A stretch of 64,000 bases of DNA. It comes from Tubiluchus corallicola. Lineage: Eukaryota > Animalia > Priapulida. This document shows, in pieces, positions 52,401-61,400 of the stretch. Below the pieces are notes generated by a model. It made no database searches and was not told where the DNA came from. It worked only from the letters and a program-made list of their open reading frames with translations. Position 1 is the stretch's first letter; each line of letters opens with the position of its first letter. The position numbers and the translations under genes are program-made. The DNA is taken from contig JAQGDQ010000139.1 of the NCBI GenBank assembly GCA_030141605.1, positions 434,001-498,000 on the forward strand, in the 5' to 3' direction.

Positions 52401-55400
52401 ATTTAGGCATAAGTTGCCCTGGCTAGGCTAGAGCATTCAGTATACAAAAAAAAGAAGAAAAAAATTTACACAATGCAGAACGTTAACAACTAATTTTAGT
52501 GTATCAGTGGAGGGATAAAGTAAAATGGCAATACGAAGACAAAACGACGAGTAGTTTGTGGTTATTATACAATTACATGATAACAATAAATAGATAATTC
52601 ACAGCAACCATTAGTGTTAATAACACTGCTTCACAAATAATGGCGCTCATTACTATGGCAATTAACGCAATCAGCTGATGTTACAAACAACAACGATAAA
52701 TATAATTTGCGCCTTTAAGCTTAACAAAATAAAGTCGGTAGAATTGAATTATAGAATAATTATAGAATTACAGAATTGAATTATAGAATTAAACATGATG
52801 AATTCAGTGAGCTTTGCTATTATATATAGTTGATATACTGTGCAACATAAGCAAGCTTTTTAGTCTCTGGCTTTCCATTTACCCCTTGTTCTTTAAAAAC
52901 GAAAAAAACAAACAAAAAGTAAGCAAGCAAGTAAATAAATAAATGAAATCAAAACGTTTTGTTAAGTTATCATAACTACATTGAATTTAACTGTAAGTAG
53001 TGGGTTAGTCCACGAAGTAAAAAAAACGCAGATGCAAATTTTGCAGTCTAAAACACAGTTTAATAACTGAATTTTGTAACAGTTAACAAAAAATACCTAA
53101 AGTAGGCTTATTAAAAATTTTGTATGACTCAGTAAAACAGGGCCCAGCTATCATAAATTCAACAATTTTCATAACGTAAGCTCTATTGAAACTCTACAAT
53201 GGCAGAAAGAAACAGATATAAATAACGGAACACAGTCTTTTCCTAACTTTTGAAAAAAATTGGCAGAAAGTGGAATATTTTTTGTGATAACTGAAAAGAA
53301 GAGTAACAAATGCCCAGTTATTTCTAGGCCTAAAGTGAATTGGAAGAAATATTATAATACAATGTCTGCAATTCAAATTAACGGAGTTTATGAAATTGCA
53401 AAAATGTCCTTGCTTCAAAAACAAACTTCAAAGTACAGCTAGTAAGAAACCCCAAACAAGAATGAAAGTATGTAATAACATCCTCATCCTAAGAATGTAA
53501 CAAAGTCAGAATATCCATGTTCTCAAATTCGGCATGCAATCAAGATGACGTTTACAACGAGGAAGAAAGTATGGAGGCTTTGTACATTGCACAGATAATT
53601 TGACATTTTGTATAGACTATCTTCCTAACTTAATTAATCAGCCAACAGAAAAAACTTTCCAACTCTATGCCTCAGGTTTGCACTGCCTGCACAATTCAGG
53701 GTCATGGGTTGCAAATGATCTTTCAATCTTTGGCATTATCTTGAGATTTGTTGGCATATTGTAATTACACGTTTCACACTGTAGCAAATATTTCACTTTT
53801 AAGTGGATGGCTTTAACTTTGAATAACCTGTAGTACGCTGCAACATTCTGTTAGTTTTTTCTTTGCCACAAAGAAAAACTTAAACTTTGCTTTTGTATCT
53901 ACATGACCTTTTTGTGACCTTTACCTCCATTACAATATCATCTTGCTAGAATATCATCATTCTTGCTTTACTTAAGAACCTGATAATGTTTGACATATTT
54001 TGTATTTTCAGACATATGGTAATGGATCTCTACTGTGCTCTGGCGGTAACCATACTACTGTGTAACTTCACATATAGTTCTGGTCAAAAGTCACAAGATA
54101 TACATCAGCCACACAGTGTGAACAAAGAATTAACACCAGACATTACAGGTGCTCATCTAGGCTTAAATGAAACAGAATTATGTAATAAGACTAAAGCTCG
54201 CTTTAGATCCACTTTACACGCGATCACACAGACGTCCATCTCAGTAGAGTGGGTGGTGTGCCGTGCATTCGAGCAGATACATGGATTTCGAGCATATTGG
54301 CGACAAGTCGGGATTGATTCACCAGATGCATGGTAAGTATTCAAAGATAATATAATATATAATTAATGACAGTATTGTTTACATAATTCTGTAAATGTTG
54401 GTTAAAAAGATACTACCTTATAAAGGTTTTTCTTTTTATGGTCTACACGCAGAGGTCACAGATGTGCTATTATTACTAGCAGTGCTTAAAAATTAGTGTT
54501 GCCATCTATTAAAATTAATTTGGAATTATCAAAAGCCTATTTACTCTTAAATGACAAAAACAATGCAGGGAGAATCAGGACTGCATGGATTAACAGCCTT
54601 CTTCTAAGACTAGTAAATATATTATGCTTCTCTAATGTGGCTTTCACAGTATACAATCCACTTTGGCAGTTTGTTTGATGGGGATATCTCAGCTCAACCT
54701 TTGATATTCTCAACCACTTGTTGTTGTTGGAAACATTTAAAATCTAAAGCTGATATTGTGGATGATGCCACATCTTATTTAGACAACACTTCACATGATA
54801 CTTTATTAGGCAGAATTTCTTCTAATAGGCATAATATTTCATATGCTGCCCACAGGGGTCCTGCCTTGGACATTGTTTTTTATTATTTATTTGGTATAAT
54901 ACAATTTCAAGGCATTTACCCAAAACGCACATGCTAATGACTGCCAAGTTCATTTATCATTTTAGTCCTTCAAGCACTGCTTTAAAACAGTTGCTTCTAC
55001 TGCTATTCAAAATTGCATTTTTGATATAAAAGAATGGATGCTCTTGCAAAAACTTAAACTAAACAAAACTCACGGGAAAATTTATATCAGTTAGAGCTAA
55101 ACAAAGTCGTTAAAAGTCCACATGAATCTGGAAGAATTGCAGAAATGAAGGTTATTTTGAATTATTACTGTTTACTATATTCATATTTTGTATCATATGA
55201 CAGTCCATGGATCAAACCACAGACACGATGGTTGTAAATCTAGCTACTTTTAGTTTCTTGTATCGGTGTTTTTAAGACCATCTACTGACATGATTAAAAA
55301 TCATTTTGGACTTAAACAGCAAACATCGCAAATTCTTCTATCTTTGTCTTTCTGACTTTTGATTTTTTTAATTAAACTGTATTATTTTACAGGACAAAAA

Positions 55401-58400
55401 GTAAACCATTGCATGAGGATATACGGCATTACACCATAGAGGGTCTAAATCCTGGTACAACTTATGAAGTATGTATTGTAGAGGTTATGATAGATGGTAA
55501 TGAAGGCAGCCCACGCTTAGAAAAATGTGGTGAGGCCATTACGGAAACAAAAATAATTGTGGCCCTTGCATCACTGACAGGTGTTTTTGGGTTTCTTGCC
55601 ATAGTCTTAGCAATTGCAATATGTTGCATTTTAAAGTTTAATAAAGAAAAAATTCATAGAGAGCGTGCAAAAGCCAAGATTGAAGTTAGTCGACCGATGC
55701 AAAGCAGTGGCTACCTCAGTGGTGGATCAGACTGGCACAGCACAAGGACACAATCAGACTTCATTCCAGAAGGAGCAGAATCGCAGCATGTGAGCAACGT
55801 TAGCGGTTACAGTCAGAACAGCCAGTTATCTACAAAATCAAACAAAAGCTACCCGAAAGGACCTCTTCCACAGGTGCCTGATAGAAACGACAGCTTCTTT
55901 AATACAAGTGGTGGCACTCCGACACGAAGCAGACGTCGCAATGATTACGATCACAAACCACCTCTGCCGACATCACTGCCTCCCGATGACATACCATCTC
56001 ATCCAAGAGGTTCGGGCCCACCAAGCTATTATGACAGCCGTCAGCCAGCTCCGCTGCCAAAAGAAGTAATTTTGAATCCCAGGCATTTAACAAATACAAA
56101 TGAATCAGAAAAATATATGCCCATGGATCCAATAGCGTCACTTCCGCAGGCACCCGTTCCAGCAAGCAGGAACATCGCTCCTTATAAATCTACTGAACAA
56201 GGTGTATTTGACGATGAGTATTTACGGCCGAGTGATGCAAAAGAGGAACACGTGTACCATTATATACCTTATGAATCGATATCTGGGGATGTGAGTAATA
56301 CGGCCCTTTAATATGTACAAGACAGTAAACTTCAAGTATTAAACCATGGCCTAGTGCCGCAGTGCACAGTCTTCGAATGGAAATGGTGAACAAGCAAAGA
56401 AGAATATTTTAATATGCCATGGTAACAGTGTGTATGTGTGTGTGTGTGTGGGGGGGGGTAGGACGTGAGGTTCTGCAATACACATACAGAAGTACTGAAG
56501 GAGAGAATAATTTAATGATGCACAAATTACAATAAAATGAGCAATAATATAGTGCACAGAATTTACAGATAATTTGCTTCTTAAGCTAGAAAAAGGCAAA
56601 ACTCTTGTTAAGCAAAAATTAAAAGTTCTCTATTATTGAACAAGAGAGTGAGTTGACAATTTAGATACCTGGTTTGTGACTTGCTGGGCCTGCATTATAG
56701 GAACTGAAATTCAAAATTTTTGTGATTTATTTAATTATTTTTAATAATTTTCACATTTCCAGTTAACCAATAATGTCAGTGAAAGGTCAGACTCTAGTGC
56801 TAACTCTAGCTGTGTTCGATTAACACAAACAGTACAACAGTACATTTGTACTACAAGCTCTGAAATTGTACTAGGCTCTCAAGACTGGGTTCATTAACAT
56901 TGAGTCTTTGTGAACTTAGAGACAGTGGGATAACAGCAATAAAAAATCTACCTCTTAAAAGTACTGTGAACCAGAAAAAAGTGCATGCTAATTTTTTTGT
57001 GAATTAAGTTTCAAGCTTTGTATAGAAAGTGATATTGTCGCAGTGCAGCATTCCAAGCAAACTATACAGGTTAAAGATTAACAAAAATTTATGCATCTAG
57101 TACACTGTGAAGTTGCTTGTTTAACATAACTGATTATGTTGAACAATTAATTATTTCATAGCTATTAAACTAACAGCGTGCATCAAAACAATAATGTCTC
57201 CAGGCCAAATGAAGCACAAACTGCTATCAGCTTTTGTATTTATAAATACTGACTCTAATGTTTAATCACCAAACTACTGCTTAATAAGCAAGTGTTGAGT
57301 AATATGAAGTGACAAAACCAGGCGGTGTAACACATGCTTTGGCAAAACTTACATCTAATATTATTCAGCGTTTTACAGTTTTTAAACTAATATACACTAC
57401 AAAACAATATGCTGCTACAGGGAGTCAGTGAGCAACTAATGTAATTTATACAACCGGAAATTAATAAACAAGGATTCCTTACAGAATTTGCAAAGATTTT
57501 TAGCGTGCACTAATTTTATGGTTTACAATACCAGTAAATGCAATAATCAAATCAAATGCTTAAAATTATTACTCGATGTGGCAATTCAAAACTTATTACA
57601 AAGTGGTCAGCTTATAATTTTTTTGAACATAGGATCAAACAAAAAATAATAAAATCAAACTTTTTAGAGGTTAAAATACAGCTTAGACTTTTAAGAACCT
57701 TGCCAACCCGATGTCAACAACATAAACATTACTTTTGTTGAAAACAAAGCCAAATTTATTGTAGACTACATAACCTAGTTAACACACAGAAGTGTGTCTG
57801 CTCATTATATTGTTACACAAACATGCCTTTGATGTAAAATAATGAAATTTGCTAACTTTGAATAGTGAAACTGCTGCTGGTTGTGATTGTGTAAACTTTT
57901 GATCATTTTTATATTCAGTTTAAAATCCCTATCTAATGAAAATATTGATCTTTATAAAATGTTATGTAAAGCTATTGTTATTTTGAACATTTTGTTTTCA
58001 TTCTTTTACTGTGAAATGTGAACAATTGAGCTTTTAAACTTTCACATTATGTAACAAAAACTTATTTAAATATTGAATCGCAAACAAATCTCTGTTTTTC
58101 TTCTTTTCAAAAAGACAGTTATTTTGTAGTCTTGTTTAAAAAAAATCAACCATTGGTAAGTAGCAAGTAGGCTCGTACATAACCAAGCACCTCTTATGGA
58201 TTTTCAGTTTCTAAATATGCATATAGTGACAATTATTTTCGTTGACAAAAATAAAAATGTGGTGAACAAAACCGACACGAAAACAAAGACTACAGCAGCA
58301 GCAGGAGCGGCTGCAACAACAGCAACAGTAACAGCAACAACTGCTATAATAATGTTTCTATTATGTACATTAATATTAAAAGATGACGAACATGACAACA

Positions 58401-61400
58401 CAATGAAGTACCGCACTCTATAAATGAGGTAAAACAGCTAAGAAACACTTGTCACCCTCATAAAATTACGATTTATAGCATCAATGGATATTTAATGGAA
58501 CAGGCAAATGACAAAAACAGGCAAACTGGAGCGCCAAATTCTGATTTTCCTGAAAAGCACAAGACACCAGCGCTTTTTTTTGTCACATAGGCTAAAATAA
58601 GATATAAAAAACTTTAGATTTCAAAAGAAATTGTGTAAAGATAATCCTACCTTTTCTCTTGCGAGCAACAACTTATCCAGGATAGAAACAGGAAATTTTG
58701 CAAAGTTCTTTGCCTCTTCAAAGACAAATGAAAGTGCTTCATTTTGCCTGTCTGTATTCAGTAGCTGAAAAAAAAGTGAATAATAAGCAAGAGTATAAAA
58801 ACCAAATTTAATTGAAAGAGATAAAGAATAACAAGTACAAAAATGTGCATGTGTTATTCATTTTGGACTATGCAGTGACTTGGTTGTACTACAGTTACTC
58901 GGAAAGCAAAAGGTTCTGGGTTCCAATCCCAGTGGGACAAAATATTTGAGACTTTGTAACTTAGTATTGCTTTCACATAGTCATAAAATTGTGCTATTTG
59001 TAAGCAGCTTAAGTGATAGTAAATTTTTATCATGTGCAAACAGTAACATCGTGTGCGTGACATGATGCGATAAGTGACATCTGTATAATATTTCATGTGC
59101 AAAATAACACTGTTCAGAAAGTTAAGTAACACTATTTAAATAAAAAGCAAGTATCTGACTTATAATGTTTCTCTGCAAATTCTACCAACCTCTGCATGTG
59201 CACTTAAATTATGTTAACATAGCACTATTTCTGTAGCTCGTGAAAAAGTTTTTGGAGCAACAAATTATGAGTCATTTTATAAACATATTTTCAGAACGCA
59301 AACAAACAATTTTGGAAGGGTTTCATTAGGACCACAGCTTTCTACGAAAATTTTTTATATCTGATATAACTCGGGGAAAGTCAATAATTAGCAAACCAAA
59401 CTCGGGATATCTGTCACATTATCCTGGTAACATTTAACACAAGGTATCAGGTTCTCAAGCCCAACTGAATATCGATCACTTATGTTATGCATCATGTCAA
59501 TGACGTCTATTCGACACTCACTCCATGTTTTGGCACTCATAAACCATGGTTGTTTACCTGGTAGAGGGACGACACATCCAAACATGATAACATGATTGGG
59601 ACAGCTCAGCTAATTCAGTGACTCATCCTAGAGGGATAACCTTGATAATGGGTCAGGCTCCGGACATACTAGAAACATCCGCCTTGAAGAAGTAGTAATA
59701 CCAATTCTTCAAGTAGTATTCTTGTAATACCAATACAGAAGAGACCTAAAAGGATCAACTGCCTTTCTTTGTAATCGCTAAAATGCAGCCATTATAAACA
59801 AATTGAAAAAAAATAAAATGTAAAAAACACAAACTTTTGCTAAGTCCATCACTCGCTTCATGTTGTCTAGAATTGTTCCCTCCTTGAGCTGAACCTGCTG
59901 ATGTGATTCATCACCATAGACGATTAATTTACTCTTCTCACAAGCTTGCTTACACATCAGACCCAGCAATATGCCCATTTCTGCTACCTAAAGTAAAATA
60001 GCTATTATCCAACTAATATGGTAAGTATTTCAAGTGCATAAGAAGGCAGTAATCTACCACTATGAGAAAAGTTGTAAAGCTAATGTAATACTTGCATTGT
60101 ATCTTTATTCTTAAAATTTTGGGAACCTATTGTCAAGTCAACGACCAAGATCTTACATAGTTTTCTTTAAAAAAAGAGTTATTGTACAGAAAAAACAGTG
60201 CAGTAGAAATATGCTGATATGCATATATTTGAACGATAACAAAGTTCAAAATGGAAAAATTTGATTTATGGAAATATAATATTATTTTTAAGTCATTATA
60301 ATGTCTTTAGTGTGAAATATAATATTATTTTTAAGTCATTATAATGTCTTTAGTGCGTAATGTAGGTTTATTTCGGGCAAAACAAGAAGTGTTATTTAAA
60401 GGATAAGTAGACCAAATCTTAAACTGTATGTGAAAGTAATCTACTCTTTAAAATATTGAAAGGGAACATACTATTTTTTCAAGAATGACTTACATGAAAG
60501 AATTATGCAATTTCGCATTTGCGTCACTAGTCCTGCACTGTTACATGCATTTCACCATTCGCTAGTTAGACGGGCACTACTGCCTGCATTTCGGAAATGC
60601 GTTGCACAAAAAACAGGTACTGTACCGCTCAGTTCAGATGTGTTTCTTTGCGACATACTGCACACGTTCGACAGCTCATGCGTGAGCACAGCAGTAAATT
60701 TGAAATTTTAACTTTTATCTTAAAACTTACCAAGTTTTAGTATAATACACCGAATCTCTTACAGTAGCACTGTACTTTAATCTTTGCTTTCACAAACAGA
60801 TACAACATGCCCGTGGAATGTTTGTGCTGTTGAAAATTATGTTCTTTTGTGATATCATCAATAGTTAGGCTCACCTGCCTAATTAAGATTTTAATCTATG
60901 ATTTAATTATCAGAAACGCTTTCGCAGTATTATTGGTGTTAAAATGCATACTTTTTACCGTACTTGAAAATAGGGTATGATATGAAAAATCATCCTGTCG
61001 TCCTTTAAAGATGCACACTTCCAGCTATTATTGCAGCATACTTTTTTACTAATTACTAATCTTAATTATGTTCATAATTACTAATCTTACTAACCCTAAT
61101 CTACATTACACCAAATCCACTGATACATAAATTTTCCAACTTCGCATTGTCCAATTTTGCAGGTTTTGAGTATAATTACCTTAGGTTTACAAATAACTTA
61201 AATTATGTTCTATAGCTAAAATCAGTTACATTTATTAAAGGAATCCCTATTGACAATTGTGCACTTAACTACTCACTAATAGCTACATGTTTAACAAGGT
61301 GGCTGACTCTGATAACTTCCAGTTTTTTGTCATCCTTTTGCCAATCAACACTGTATTAATTTTTATATATTTATTAATATACATGCAATTTTGCTTTTTT

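Noticed and set aside
20832-60356. Short perfect local duplications (20832-20874, 25075-25130, 60271-60356)
   Set aside because: Ordinary 20-45-bp slippage duplications with no sign of function.
60396-61008. Kolobok-like element (TTAAAGGA...TCCTTTAA)
   Set aside because: Only ~8 bp of terminal symmetry in AT-rich DNA; insufficient support.
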